This document shows, one piece after another, positions 1-13,495 of a stretch of DNA of 64,000 nt. Below the pieces are notes generated by a model. That model was not told the DNA's origin. It saw nothing but the letters and a program-made list of their open reading frames with translations, and ran no database searches. This DNA comes from Euprymna scolopes (lineage: Eukaryota). Both the position numbers and the translations under genes were made by a program. Position 1 is the first letter of the stretch; every line of letters starts with the position of its first letter. The stretch lies in the NCBI GenBank assembly GCA_053919585.1, contig CM132796.1. The stretch is one strand, 5' to 3'.

Positions 1-1560
1 AAATAATTCCGTGTAGATAGAAAAAATGTTTGGCTTTTATTGTTTTTTTAATATTAAAAAAACACTAACGAAAAAAGCTAAAAAGATTTCATTTGTTTAT
101 TTTATTTTATTCCTTAAGGCAATACAGAAATCGGTAATTTTTTACCAGCGTCGTTTAATACATAAAAAACTAAGATCTACTGCCCCCCTCTAAATTCCAT
201 AATTTACACTTTTTTTCTTTTTTCGCGGTAATTTCATCGATTTCAAACTTAATTTTCTAAGTAGAAAGGTAACTTCATACGACGGGTCCCAGCGGCGTTT
301 AACCCCTAAAAAATGGAGAGTTACTTTTTTCAGCCTAATACATTTAAACAGCCTTTATAAATATTATGAGATGAAATTTTGAAAAAAATATAAAATAACT
401 TGTTAGAATGGGGATCACTTTTCTATATAAATTTAACGTAAAATGAGCACCCACTTTTTGTCCACCAAGCGTTCAACGTGACATGTCACCTCTACCATTT
501 CCTCAAGTTTGGCGATTGAAGAGGACGGCAAAATCTCTGGGGGGGGAATTACATTGGAAACATAAAATAACGATGAATTTAATTTTTTTTATGAGACCAT
601 TCTCTACTTTCACCTAACAATTTAATAAACAAAACAAAGCCCAAAATATCATAAAACGACAAACAAAAACCAAATCGAAAAGACCCCTAAAATAAGCAAA
701 TCTAAAATTTCCTTTATTTACAAAACAAGCCAGTAAAAAGAGTGCCCTTACAAAAAATAAATAAAATGTGTAGTTTAGCGTCGTAAATTATTTGACAATG
801 AAATATTTATAAAAATTATTTATTTTTATATAAAACATTATTAGACCCAAAGTCTGAAATAAAACAAAAAAAAATTATTTTTATGCTTTTTTTATCATTT
901 TTTTTTATTAGACTAAATGTGCACGCCTTACACGTTTAAAATTTGATCTTTTTTAGGTTTGGCAGGTTGGCTTTTTTAAGGCCAAATTTGGCCTTTTTAC
1001 GCTCTTTCATTACAAAAAAAATATGGCGGCCAAAAACATAGTTTATGAAAGGGCTTAAAAAGACCAATCTTCCAAACCTTAGAAAGGCCAAATTTTAAAA
1101 GCAATATAGCAGCCTCGAATAATAAATATAAATGATAAAAAATAATAAAAATGAATTTCTTCTGGTTTTATTTCAGCCTTTGCGTCTAACAATGTGTTTT
1201 ATATGAAAATAAATAGTTTTTATTTTTTTTTTGTCTGGCAAATAATTTACGCCGCTAAACTACACATTTACCGAAATAAAAAATAAATGCACGCATTAAT
1301 GTTTTTAAACGATATCTTTTTAGGTTCACAAAATCGTGAGTTTTCTTAGGACAGTGATCCCTTTTACGGAAATATCTGGTAGAGAGATTATCAGATACTT
1401 CTTTTGGGGGCCGATTACATTTACATGTTTTTATCTGTTGTTTTATTTTGGAAATTGTTGTGGGGTATCCACGTTACCCATGATGAAAATGATTAGTATA
1501 GCAGGCGTGTTTCAAACGGAACTTTTTGTCAACCCAGGCAACGCCGGGTACCAAAGCTAG
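1..1560 (+). mobile_element. Non-autonomous Helitron-like element, 3' part (5' limit not determined)
   Basis: Ends ...cccaggcaacgccgggtaccaaagCTAG|T. The same GC-rich subterminal hairpin plus CTAG terminus recurs at 37653, 42855(-), 48111(-), 62587 and 63026. Confidence 0.5.
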
Positions 1561-1577
1561 TATATCTATATAAATAT

Positions 1578-1810
1578 GAGACGCCCCTCCATGGGATTAA
1601 TGGATTATCTCATGATGTCACTTCCGTTGATGACGTCACTTCCGGTAACAAGACCGGTGCCCGGCAGTTTGAGATTGGCACGCGACCAAGCCGGGCGTGT
1701 GCAAACGTCCTACCGTTGCACAAGAAATATACTCACCTCACTTTGCCTGTAATTTATGTTCCTAAAAATTCCTTTGTTCCTTTCGTTTATTACCATTTAA
1801 CCCTATAACA
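1578..1810 (+). repeat. 5' LTR of Gypsy element (first ~5 bp lost)
   Basis: gagacgcccctccatgggattaatgg...cgtgtgc(a/t)aacgtc is shared with 6700-6845; ends in CA just before the PBS. Confidence 0.9.
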
Positions 1811-1933
1811 ACTGCCGGCGAGGATTCGACATTCACGCGGGTTAACTCCACAAAAAAAAGGAAAAAGAACGAAATTTTAACTGACTTCAAAAGAACGACA
1901 AATTGACAATCTAAGAAGTCGGCTGGCAATTAT

Positions 1934-3169
1934 TAGGTGTGTCAGAAACTTAGTGAAAAATATTGAATAATTCGACCCCCTGTCTTTCCAAGCTTATAAC
2001 TACTCGAAAAATGTAATTCAAGCCCTATTTTGTTTGTTTTTTTTTCAATTAAAGGAGAAGGGACCAAGGTTTCATTTAAAAAAAAACAACGTGATTTTAA
2101 AAAAAAAAAAGGTTTTAAACTTCGGAATTTACAGGTAAATTTCTAAAAAAACACTTCTTTTTTTTGTTTTAAATTTGAATATATTATTTATTGATCTTTT
2201 ATCTTCAATTTGTGATATATAAAACTTTGGTGAGTAAATTAATTATTTACTTTTTAATAGACATTTCAAAATGCGGGGGCGTTAATTAAGTCGACCCCTG
2301 TCTTTCCAAGCTTATAACTACTCGAAAAATGTAATTTAAACCCTAATTTTTTTTCAATTAAAGGCGCAAGGACCGAGGTTTCATTTAAAAAACACACAAA
2401 CAAAAAAAAACAAACAACGTAGTTTAAAAAAAGGTTTTAAACTTCGGACTTTACAGGTAAATTTCTAAAAACACTTCTTTTTTATTTTATATTCAATAAT
2501 TCGACCCACTGTCTTTCCAAGCTCATAACTATTCGAAAAATGTAATTCAAACCGTAATTTTTTTTCAATTAAAGGGTCAAGGACCAAGGTTTCATGTAAA
2601 AAGAAGAACAAAAGCGAGATTAAAAAACAAGGTTTTAATCTTCGGAATTTGCAGGTAAATTTCTAAAAAACACTTCTTTTTTTTGTTTTAAATTTGAATA
2701 TATTATTTATTGATCTTTTATCTTCAATTTGTGATATATAACACTTTGATGAGTAAATTAATAATTTACTTTTTAATAGACATTTCAAAATCGGGGACGT
2801 GAATTAAAAGAAAACGTTTGTCTAAAATATTATATTCGGTTTATTGGAAAGAGCATAAAATTTCACATTGACCCTGAAAATATCGTAAAAATAGAATCAA
2901 ATAGAAAAATTTTGATAGATTTTTAAAGCTTAAAAATTGAAAAATACTGAACTCGTAAAATTCAATTAATTTCATTACTGTTTTTTAAAAAATAAAAAAG
3001 TAGTATTTCTATTACTTTTAAAACAACTTTAATAGTTTATTTTGGAAGTATAATCCATAAAGAAAATAAACAACCCACTTTTAAAAGAGAAATTACGAGT
3101 TCTTTATATTTTATTCGCAGTTTCGTGTTAGGGGTGTCAAAAATTTCTACAAAAATTCTGATACACCTA
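1934..3169. mobile_element. Non-autonomous TIR DNA transposon with 9-bp TSD, inserted in the Gypsy leader
   Basis: TIRs taggtgtgtcagaa... / ...ttctgatacaccta (~33 bp, imperfect). Exact flanking duplication ggcaattat at 1925-1933 and 3170-3178. Three internal tandem units start ~1972, 2291 and 2501. Confidence 0.88.
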
Positions 3170-3955
3170 GGCAATTATGTCCTAAAAACAAAAGCAAAAA
3201 GAAAGAAAACGAACACATGGCAAAGTTATTGAAGAAATTGTAAGTTACTCTTTTTGTCTCTATATTTAAATTGAAAAAGAAACTGTGCTAAACGCATTTT
3301 TTTATAATGCTTAAAAATTACGTTGGTTGCCTATTAAAAGAAGGAAGAAAAAAAAGAGAAGCATGTTGACCTAAATTTCACCGCGAGAACAACTCTATTG
3401 TAATTCTTTACGGTTTATTCTTATGCAAATTTGAACATTTTTCAAATGAAGTGAAAAGTTTTGGGGGTTTTTTGCCTTTATTTTTTTGCTGCGAACGTTA
3501 TGAATTTTTTTTACGAGAGAAAAATTTTTCTTTTTTTTCTTTTTCGTTTAACTTGGGCTAATGGAAATACTTTTTTTTTCATTGAGTGGAATTTTCTGAA
3601 ATATACTTTTTTTAACTGTCGGTTCTAAAGTGAGAACCTTTTTTCTGCCGCGTGGGGTCAACTCACCCCCCACACACACACACACATAAAAACTAGCTAT
3701 TTTGGTTAACTGCCAGACAATTCCACAAGTATTTTTATTCTTTTGCAACTGTATGGTATCACAGTATACATTTTTCTTGTTTTGCTTCGCAAGTAAAAGA
3801 AAAGTAATCTTTTATCTACCCTCATATTGGGTTATCTCTCCTTTATATGCACACACTCAAAGAAAAGACATTTTCTTTTTATTATTATTTTATCTGTCTT
3901 CTCCAGTCAAAAACGGAAATTATTTTTTTCGTGCCTTTGGAAAAGCCATTAAAAG

Positions 3956-4491
3956 ATGGAGGACGTTGAAGCAGTATTAATATTGCTAATCAAAGCTCAG
4001 ATGAACCAGCAGCAGAAAGGTGATAAAAATTTAAAAGAACGTGATAAATAGTTCCAGTTACAATTTCAAGAGAGGCAACAAGCGTTGGAGCAGAGAATGC
4101 TACTTCAACAAAAGAGACAAGAAGAGCTATTGTTAAAAATATTCGATAGAACGGAACACAGAGACGACAGTTTTGCTTTTTCCCAAAGTACAATATGGAA
4201 CGCTACAGAAACGTTCAACTACCAACCGGAGTTGGATGGGATGTTTAACGCTTTCTATTGGAGATATGAGGACCTATTCACCGTGGATTGTCAAGAGTTG
4301 AGCAACGCTAAGAAAGTTCGCCTACTTTTGAGGAAATTAGGGACCACAGAACATAACAAGTTCGTGGATTATATTCTCTCCAGGAAGACGAGTGAATTGG
4401 GATTTTCTGAAGCGGTCAAACTTTATCCGAACTATTCAGCCCGAATTCTACGCTCTTTATAGAAGATGGAAGTGCTTGAACCTGCGAAAAA

Positions 4492-4535
<44 letters not shown>

Positions 4536-5103
4536 TACCTAACCTTCACGTCCGTGGTAAATATGCGATGATTTCCGTCTATTTGACTTATCGGCATATG
4601 ACTTCAAGTGTTTAATTTTTGCGCAGGGTCTAGTCTCATCCAAAAACGCAGGGATTAGACGACATGTTCTCTCTAGACTTGAGAGCGAACCGGTCCTCAC
4701 CTTCCAGAGGTTGGGCGAGGATTGTCAACGGGTAGTCTGTGTAAGGAACAACTCAAGACACGTCGAGGAGTTAGGCGCAACATGCATTAGAAGGACGACC
4801 TTCAGACCGGAACAATACTCACCCCGAAAAAGCAAATCTGGAAGTAAGAAAACTCAGGCTACACCTAATAAGTACCACCTAATCACAAGACCCGGATCCC
4901 CTACAAGCCCGTGCTATCGCTGCGGCGGGAAACATTGGTCGAGTAAATGTTTTTACAAATATAAGTACTGCAACGAATGTGGCAGGAAGGACCACAAATC
5001 GACCCAGTGCGGGATGAAGAAGGTCAAGAACAGCGTCCAACAGACTAGATTCGTCAAATATGCCACAGTTAACACCACAAATAAAACTGTGCATCTACAA
5101 TGA
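3956..5103 (+). pseudogene. gag: Gypsy gag remnant (frameshifted)
   Basis: ORFs 4085-4462 (RYEDLF...KKVRLLLRKLG) and 4711-5103 with zinc knuckles CYRCGGKHWSSKC and CNECGRKDHKSTQC; (GAC)n expansion at ~4494-4535. Confidence 0.85.
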
Positions 5104-6660
5104 GGTTCCAGATCAGTCCTGTCCATCATTAACCTTAAGACGTGGAAAAAGTTAAGGAAACCAATGATGCGAAAAGCGAAAAAATCAGCTCGAGCTGTGA
5201 CAGGCGATAAAGTGGAATTTGAGGGAGAGATCACACTCCCGGTGACCTTAAATGGTGTTACTAAAAATATTAAAGTGTATGTACATAAGACACCCTAAAA
5301 CGTGTTCGGCACTGATTGGATGGAGCGATTCGAATTGGAGGACGAACCTATGAATAAATTCTGTCTTACAGTTGAAGACTTGTCTACGGAGGAGGAACAA
5401 CTGAAGGACGAGTTAAAAGAAGAATTTCCAGAAGTATTCTCACCAGGACTAGGAAAATGTACAAAGGCTATAGCAAGATTCATACTAAAAGAATACACTC
5501 TGTCCGTTTTCAAGAAGAAACGAAACATCCCATTTGCAGCAATAGAGAAAATAGACAAGGTATTGGATCGACTAGAAGTAAGCAGCAGTGATTGAGCAGC
5601 CCTTACCGTATATGTGACCAAGAAAATAAACTAGATTTGTGTATGTGCGGATTTCTCCACGGGTCTGAATGCAGCCCTCAAAGATTACCACTATCCACTC
5701 CCCACACCAGAAGAGATATTCAGCAAATTAAACGGTAGCAAAGTATTTTCAAAGGTGGATTTGAGCGACGCATATTTCCAGATCTCCATCGAGGCGGAAT
5801 ATTCAAAACTCTTCTGTATAGAGAGACACAGGGGATTCTAGAAGTTTGAAAAGTTAGCTTTTTGAGTCAAGGTCGCACCTGCAATTTTCCATCAGGTCAT
5901 GGACACCATGCTGGGTGGCCTCGATTTCGCTTGCGCCTACTTGGATGATATTGTCATAGCCAGTAAATCCACAGATGAGCACCGAAAACACGTATATGAA
6001 GTTTTTGAAAAAAATCAAAGTTTCGGTTTGAAAGTAAAAGAAGCAAAATATGACTTCCTGATGAAGAAAATACGTTACTTATGTCACATTATTGATGAAA
6101 ATGGTAGACACCGAAATCCTGAGAGGGCAGAAGCCATTAAAAAACATGGCAGACCTCAACAGATGAGGCACTTCAACAATTTCTACATGTGTATAGGATT
6201 ACACCCAACCCGAACACACCAACAGCAGTCTCACCTGCTGAAAAGATGATTGCGCGAAAAGGGAGATCCGTTTTTGACAAACTCTTACCCAGACAGTCAA
6301 GGCCACTAGTGATCACTTATGTACTTAGTAAACGTTTCATACCAGGCGAAAGAGTGTTTTTCAAAAGTTATAAAAACAACACATCATTCTGGGAGGTGGG
6401 TACAATTACAAAGAGAGTCGGTGACATGGCATATATCATCTAAGAACCAACATATACCCACAAACGCCACCAGAACCAACTAAGAAGATGTCGATCAGTT
6501 GAAACGAGCGACAGTCCACCATTGGAAGATGAGCCGATAGACACTGTCTTCGAAACTTTGGATCTTGAACCTCCTCAACCAACACCTGAACTACGGCGGT
6601 TGTTCCGTAAGAGAACGGTTACCGAACAATTGACGGTAAACCTCAAAAGGAAGAGGTACT
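5090..6660 (+). pseudogene. pol: Gypsy pol remnant: protease, RT and integrase C-terminus (RNase H and integrase core deleted)
   Basis: VCADFSTGLN, FSKVDLSDAYFQI and YLDD motifs; jumps at ~6150 to YRITPNPNTP...SPAE (post-core integrase). Confidence 0.88.
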
Positions 6661-6694
6661 GACAGCTTTTACGAACAAAAAGCTTGGGAGGAGG

Positions 6695-6846
6695 TGTTGG
6701 AGACGCCCCTCCATGGGATTAATGGACTATCTCATGACGTCACTTCTATTGGTGACGTAACTTCCGTTGGTGACGTTACTTCCAGTAACAAGACCGGTGC
6801 CCGGCAGAGATTGGAACGCGACCAAGTTGGACGTGTGCTAACGTCT
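6695..6846 (+). repeat. 3' LTR of Gypsy element (3'-truncated)
   Basis: Begins TG right after the polypurine tract; similar to 1578-1709. Confidence 0.9.
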
Positions 6847-7034
6847 ATTTTCTCGTTATGTACTGAATATTTTTTTTATGAAACCTATATGAAATATGTT
6901 CCTTACAAAATTTTTAAGATTTTCTATTCTGAAAGAAGTTTTAAAAAATTTAATCTAAAAAAGTTATTTTTAAGTTTTTGTTTAAAACATTTCAGATTCT
7001 TTCAGTATTCTGTATTACAAAGAGAGGGTTGCAA

Positions 7035-7200
7035 GAGAGAATATTTAGACCTGTAATAATACAAAGAGGGGATTACAAAAATGAGTTGTACTGTGAGGAG
7101 AAATACAAACTAAAACAGAGAGAATATTCAGACCTGTAATATTACAAAAAGGTGGTTGCAAAAATGAGTTGTGGTGTGAGGAGAAATTTAAACTGTAATA
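7035..7200. repeat. Two diverged ~83-bp tandem units
   Basis: agagaatatt(t/c)agacctgtaat...aaaatgagttgt..tgtgaggagaaat occurs twice. Confidence 0.75.
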
Positions 7201-7240
7201 GAGAAAAAGAGAGTTTTAAAATATAATTTTAAAAAGATAA

Positions 7241-7600
7241 TATACAAGTTAGAAAAGCATTTCATCCAAGGCATGAAACTCGTTAAACAAAATGTTTTTA
7301 CTATAGGCTTTAAAAATAAAGATACAAGATTCAATTTGAAATTTATTTATCTACAAAGTGCACTTTTATAAATTTTACAAAGTAAGGTATAAAAATTTAA
7401 TTTAATTAAATCAAAAAATAACCTTGGATTTATTTTATGTAATGTACATTCTGTTGCAATTTAAAAACATTATTTTTCATCTAGCAATTAATGATATAGA
7501 TATAAAATTTTCAATGATTTTTTTAAGTGCAACAGAATGTACATTACATAAAATAAATCCAAGGTAATTTTTTGATTCAAATTTTTATATGCTTTTCTAA

Positions 7601-7608
<8 letters not shown>
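7241..7608. mobile_element. Fold-back MITE-like element
   Basis: Outer inverted repeats tatacaagttagaaaagcat / atgcttttctaacttatata and an inner ~50-bp near-perfect inverted repeat (7409-7458 vs 7527-7577); abuts (TA)n. Confidence 0.75.
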
Positions 7609-7651
<43 letters not shown>

Positions 7652-7830
7652 TGAGGACTTTTGGGGTAAAATGGTGGGGGGGGGGAAATGCTTAACTTAG
7701 TTATTCTTTTATGTCTCATTCCCTGCACTCACGGGGGACTCTGCATGCTTCACTTGTTCTAAACTATATCCGTACCCGAGTCTTTCTTAGTGACATTTTC
7801 TGGCAACAACACTATTTTAAACAATTCCTA

Positions 7831-7886
<56 letters not shown>

Positions 7887-8136
7887 CCACTTTAAAGATT
7901 TTATAAGCATCGCTAGAATTAACAGTTATACTGTGGCATTAACNNNNNNNNNNNNNNNNNNNNNNNNNNNNNNNNNNNNNNNNNNNNNNNNNNNNNNNNN
8001 NNNNNNNNNNNNNNNNNNNNNNNNNNNNNNNNNNNNNNNNNNNNNNNNNNNNNNNNNNNNNNNNNNNNNNNNNNNNNNNNNNNNNNNNNNNNNNNNNNNN
8101 NNNNNNNNNNNNNNNNNNNNNNNNNNNNNNNNNNNT

Positions 8137-8580
8137 CATCTGATATATAAACGGTTATATGTATGTCTGTCTGTTTATCTCCATATTTTCAAACTTCATC
8201 GTCTCCGAACTAAAAGTCGCAGAGCGGTGCTATGGACCTCAAATTATTGAATTTTTACGGGCCGTTCGTTTATGGGTCTTTAGCGTTTTAAAATTGTTTT
8301 TAAAAGGCTAAAAATGGGTCAAAATTGAAATGATCTTTTAAAATTTTGTAAATTCATCTTAGCTTATTTTTTATTTTAATCAGTTTATATGCCTGTCACG
8401 TTGGTACAGTGGTAATGTCAGTTTTGAATGTTTCGGTTTCGATTTTAGCTGATGGCACCTAAATGCTTTTTGGTAGGTTTGAAATACTTACTATATAATA
8501 ATATATACAGAAAGTTAGACAAATTAAAATATCATATTTAAGCGTATTTTACACCTGGGCAAAACCGGGCGCTACACCCC
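8137..8580 (+). mobile_element. Non-autonomous Helitron-like repeat (second copy at ~28150-28490)
   Basis: Starts tc..atatataaa, then (tgtc)n; closely similar to 28150-28490; ends with gggcaaaaccgggc hairpin motif. Confidence 0.6.
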
Positions 8581-8792
8581 CTTCCCCGTAAGTAAGATAT
8601 AATTATAAAGAAATAAATATGTACATGCATGGGCTGTTGCACCGTCATATTTCATCTGTAATACCTTTCTTCATTTATTGATTCTTGAATAAGCTGCAGA
8701 TCTGCATAGCCTGGTATCTGTATAATTTAGATGCGTAACTTCAAATGGTTATACTTCACTATTCAGCACTCATCAATCACCATAGAATTTTA

Positions 8793-8852
<60 letters not shown>

Positions 8853-8934
8853 AGTTGGGCTATAGATGAGATTAAAGAAAGATATTTTGAGATTGTTGGT
8901 TCATGGGACAGCACAATTACCACCGCTGAAGCAA

Positions 8935-9447
8935 TCTATCTATATATCTATAAAAGTGTGAGGGTGTGTGTATGAGGACAATTCTCAACCTATATACTCA
9001 ACGAATTTTTAACTTATAGACTTGAAATTTTGTATATGGAGTATTTAGACATGTAGAAACCTTTTAACTCGGTTTTCATCCGGAGAAATGCTAAGGAGTC
9101 AACATTGAAAAATTGGCACGAGGAAGGGCATTGGATTTTTATGTTTTTGTCAACTGTTTCACGAATGCGCATGCGTGAATCGTTCATGTAACGTATTCTT
9201 TATGTTAAGAATAAGTATGTCTGAAAACACGTTTTAAAGATAGTGTCGAGTTGGCCTAATGATTATCGTACTTGGCTCGCTGTCTTTAGTTTTGGTTTCG
9301 ATATCAGCTCGATTATTTTTTTTTTTACTTACAAGAAGTGAACTGTTTAGAAAAAAAGAACATAATACTCGCATGTATATGTCCCAATTCTGTATGGATT
9401 AAAATATATTTATGCTTATTTTATGATCGGGCAATGCCGGGCGACCT
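8935..9447 (+). mobile_element. Non-autonomous Helitron-like repeat
   Basis: 5' tctataaaagtgtg as in copies at 62378 and 62595; 3' cgggcaatgccgggc motif. Confidence 0.55.
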
Positions 9448-9615
9448 GATAAATAAATAAAGACTTATTTTCTCGCTCGGAGAAATGTTCCTGTTATGCA
9501 ATTTGAGGACACATTTACCAATTAGCTTGCAGGACGCATTGATTTCATCTGGTCAGCCTCTCTGGGAATTATGCTCAGTCAGGAAAGATAATTCTGAAAG
9601 CAACAATGAAAGACG

Positions 9616-9647
<32 letters not shown>

Positions 9648-9863
9648 TCTCTCTCTCTTTCTCTCTCTCTATCTCCTGACTCTGTCAACTGGATGCTCAA
9701 TCATTGAGTATTAGTAGTCCCTTACGTCCAAGTAGCGATATGCCTTGTTATAGATGAACGTGAGTAAAAAAAAACCACACACTTGCTAACTGGTGACCCT
9801 TCTATTCTCTCAATATTTTATTTATTTAACCACAATACGATCACATTATTTTATCCTCATTTA

Positions 9864-10622
9864 CGAGGTGGCTTCAGTAAGTTTTCAGACTTTTTTCGTA
9901 TGAGCAGTTTTATTGATAATAAACACATATAACTCTGATCCACTTCAAAGTAATCTCCTCCGGCTGCAACGCACTTGTACTGTTCCAACAACTTTTGGAA
10001 GGCCTTGTGGAAGTCCTCCTTCGTGACAATATCAATAACCATTGTCACAGTCTCCTTCATCTCCTAAATTGTCTCCTAATGATAGACTCTAAGGTTTTCC
10101 TTTAATTTAGGGAATTACTAAAAGGTCTGGATTATGGGGAGGATGGGGAACTGTCTTGATGCTCATCTTGGTCAAATAGTCTGTGAAAAGAATTGAGTTG
10201 TGAACTGGTGCATCTGCGAAAATCTTCCGCAGCTTCAGTTCCTCACAAATAATTGTGCATACAGTTCCCACATTGACATCAAACTGTATACTTATTGTTT
10301 CTATAGACATATGACAGTCCTTATTCATGAAATTCTTTATTTGGCCAATCAACTCTGGTGTTCTGACTTCTTTACTCCTCCCATGCCTGTCATTATCCCT
10401 CACAGACTCCCTGTCTTTCTTGAATTTCTTATGCCACTCAAAAACTGATGCTCTTCTTTTTAAATTCACTATCAGACAATCAGGCTTTGGTAGAGTGTAT
10501 TCCGATTCCTACTGCAGCTGTTCATTTGAACCTGAAATCGTAAAAACTGGTCAGCCATCTCACCGGATGTATAGCAATAACATACTGAATTTTCAAGAGT
10601 CTACGACAATTTAAAATGCAAA
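9864..10622 (-). mobile_element. Degenerate, internally deleted mariner element
   Basis: TA-CGAGG terminus at 9862-9868; minus-strand peptides SVFEWHKKFK..RESVRD, DAPVHNS, TVPHPPHNPDL, DFHKAFQKLLEQY.KCVAAGGDYFE. Confidence 0.88.
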
Positions 10623-10865
10623 TACAATAAAATATGTCGCACACAAGTACTCAATTACGGACCGGTTATCTGCCCTTGTCGTGATTTCCGATTTGTCCGA
10701 CAGGCGGCATTCTCTACGTTCCGGTTCGTTTTNNNNNNNNNNNNNNNNNNNNNNNNNNNNNNNNNNNNNNNNNNNNNNNNNNNNNNNNNNNNNNNNNNNN
10801 NNNNNNNNNNNNNNNNNNNNNNNNNNNNNNNNNNNNNNNNNNNNNNNNNNNNNNNNNNNNNNNAA

Positions 10866-13422
10866 TGTGAGGCACTTACATTATTAACACGCCTCGGCAG
10901 AGCAGTTTCCTTTTTAAGCTAAGAAAGAATACACGTGTATACCTTAACGAACTCTCGCATACACAATGAACACTTAACGTGTATTGTAATGAACATCTTG
11001 TGATCACATATAAACATTAGACATACGTATGCACAATGAACAATACGCGCAAGGAACATTTTACTTCATGCATGCTTGTTCATACATACACACACACGTG
11101 CACAAACACTCTGTATTGTTCATAACTTTTCTGTGTAAATAAATATTTCTTGTACATATGAAAATATGTAACTCTGCTTTAACGTGTTTCCTTTTGATGT
11201 CTCTTCTTTAAATGTACTCGGTAAACTTGCTCTTTAATGTTGATTATTTTTTGGAACACGCAAAACGTGTATCTCTATAATGGTGACCCATCGACGTTAA
11301 AGGTCTTCTAAACATCATTTCACTCCAACAATTGGTGACCGACCGACGCGCACGGAATGCCGCAACAAAAACTGACCTATTGACATTTTGTTTATAAAAA
11401 AAAACAATAACACGCTTTTACTGTTGCGAAAGAAACACTGCCGATTACAACCATAAAAACAAGAAATAAACAAAAGAGTCTTATAAAAATATGAAAATAG
11501 AGAAGAAAGTTTCATTTAAAAAAAAAAACGTAGTAATAAAGAGAGAAAAATATGCTTTTCGTCACGTCCCTCTGCAGCGCTCACCGTCCTCTGCGTCCAA
11601 ATCCACGAGCGCATTTAATTCTGTCATCGGCCATTTTTTTGTTGTTTTTTTTTTTGCTACGCGTGGCGAACCCATCAATAAAACAGCAGAATGGACTATT
11701 CAATCATTCACACACAAGGATTAAACATTCCTCCACGACCGAGTACGATCCAAAAAATAAAAAAAATATACCAATTTTTTCTGATTTCAAATTTCAACTT
11801 ACGTCTGAAACGCCAGAATTTAATAATTTTCACTATGATGACGAGATGCAAATTTTCTTCTGTGTAACAAACTTTAACATTTTTCTTCACTGTCTTAACA
11901 ATTTTCTTTCGCCATGTGCGCATTAAAAAATATTCCAGCTGTCTCTATTATCATGAAGAACGAACAGCAACAAGTCCACTAAAACCCACAAATAGCGACT
12001 CTCACTCTATTTCAACATCCAGTATTCAACATTAATATGGAAGAGAACAAGCGACACCAAGCTACCCGGCGTATACTGATGAAGACACTCACGCGATTTC
12101 AAAATCACAGACGTAACTTCCGTGACATACGTCCACCGCTACACTGGAAACCAACTTCACAATCATCGTGTGTACCCGCGTGCTGCAATTTTTTCATCGT
12201 CCGTCATACTTTTCCTGGCCCTCTGTGACCCGGGTGACAAGATGAAAGTGTAGTATCAGTCCGGCAGATGCTGCAAGCAAAGACCATTGCCCTTGTAGCA
12301 ATGAGTTTCTGGTCCATGTAGGGGCAACCGTATAAACCAAGAGACTCTCACTATCCAGCTCCCATTTCCCACCTCTCGGGAGCTGGTCCTCATTCCCCTT
12401 CCCCTCCTCCTCTATACATTAAAAACGGCCTCATGCCTAATTTGTGCTCGTGGGGAAGCAAATAAACACAGACCATTGTCCTTGTGGCAATGACCTCCTG
12501 GTCCATTAAGGGGCAACCCTATATACCAAGAGAGGCTCTCGCTACCAGCTCCCATTTCCCACCTCTCGGGAGCTGGTCTCCTTCCCTCCCTCTCCACATT
12601 AAAAAACGGCCTCACTACCAGCAATTTGCTCTCGTGGGGAAGCAAATAAATACCCATACTTTTTTCTGTCTTAACAACAATAGTACCCGAAGGAAAAATA
12701 TTGGGCAATTTCAACAACACCGAATTTTTTGCTTCACATCTTAAGAAAGCCAAGCTCAGCAACACCTCACGGCATATCAACCCTTTACAGCAACAAACGC
12801 GACCAGCTAACTCACAAAGACACTCATAAACCACTGTAGACTCCTGGAACTCACAACGACCTTGACGACAGAAGTTACCCCAGCCATCATGTATTAAGCT
12901 ACAAAACGCACACTATGAAACTAATTTCTGGACGTTCACAATCCAGCTGACTCACTGGTTACACGGATCATCTAAACAACGTCGACACCGTGCTTTTCTA
13001 CAGGCAGACCCATTTCCACACAGACTCACTAGCTAAAGCATGCACTAATCACGAAAACTCACTTTTCTCAAAACGGAATAATTTCCTCACAGACACATTT
13101 GCGACTGACGCGAACTAACTTCGACTAACCGTGTTGACACTGTTGCACGCTGCTTAGACTCGGCAACAGAATACAGTCTTCGACTGCAATCTCTCGCACT
13201 CAAAATTCACAAGAGTCGTCCTGTAACTTTGCCACACAGTTATACAGGTTCGAACTCTCTTGGTTGATATCTCTTCCTGTCGCAACCTTTTTTCTCCTTA
13301 GCCTCTAGCTATCTGGAATATTATGGGCAGATGCTTTTCGAACTTATATGCTATTACATAGGTGCAATACTTGAACTCAATACTTGTTATGATTTTCGCT
13401 TTGTCGCTTTCTTCACCACTTC

Positions 13423-13495
<73 letters not shown>

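Larger units (their letters stand above)
1578..6846 (+). mobile_element. Degenerate Ty3/Gypsy LTR retrotransposon with internal deletion
   Basis: 5' LTR 1578-1810 ends TAACA and is followed by PBS-like actgccggcgaggat. A PPT gggaggagg (6686-6694) precedes the 3' LTR, which starts TGTTGG at 6695 and matches the 5' LTR until ~6846. Gag and pol remnants lie between. Confidence 0.93.

Noticed and set aside
7933-8250. ORFs spanning N-runs (also 10681, 29147, 52733, 58746, 61044, 63245) or microsatellites (YIYI, CVCV, ERER, HTHT)
   Set aside because: Artefacts of assembly gaps and simple repeats.
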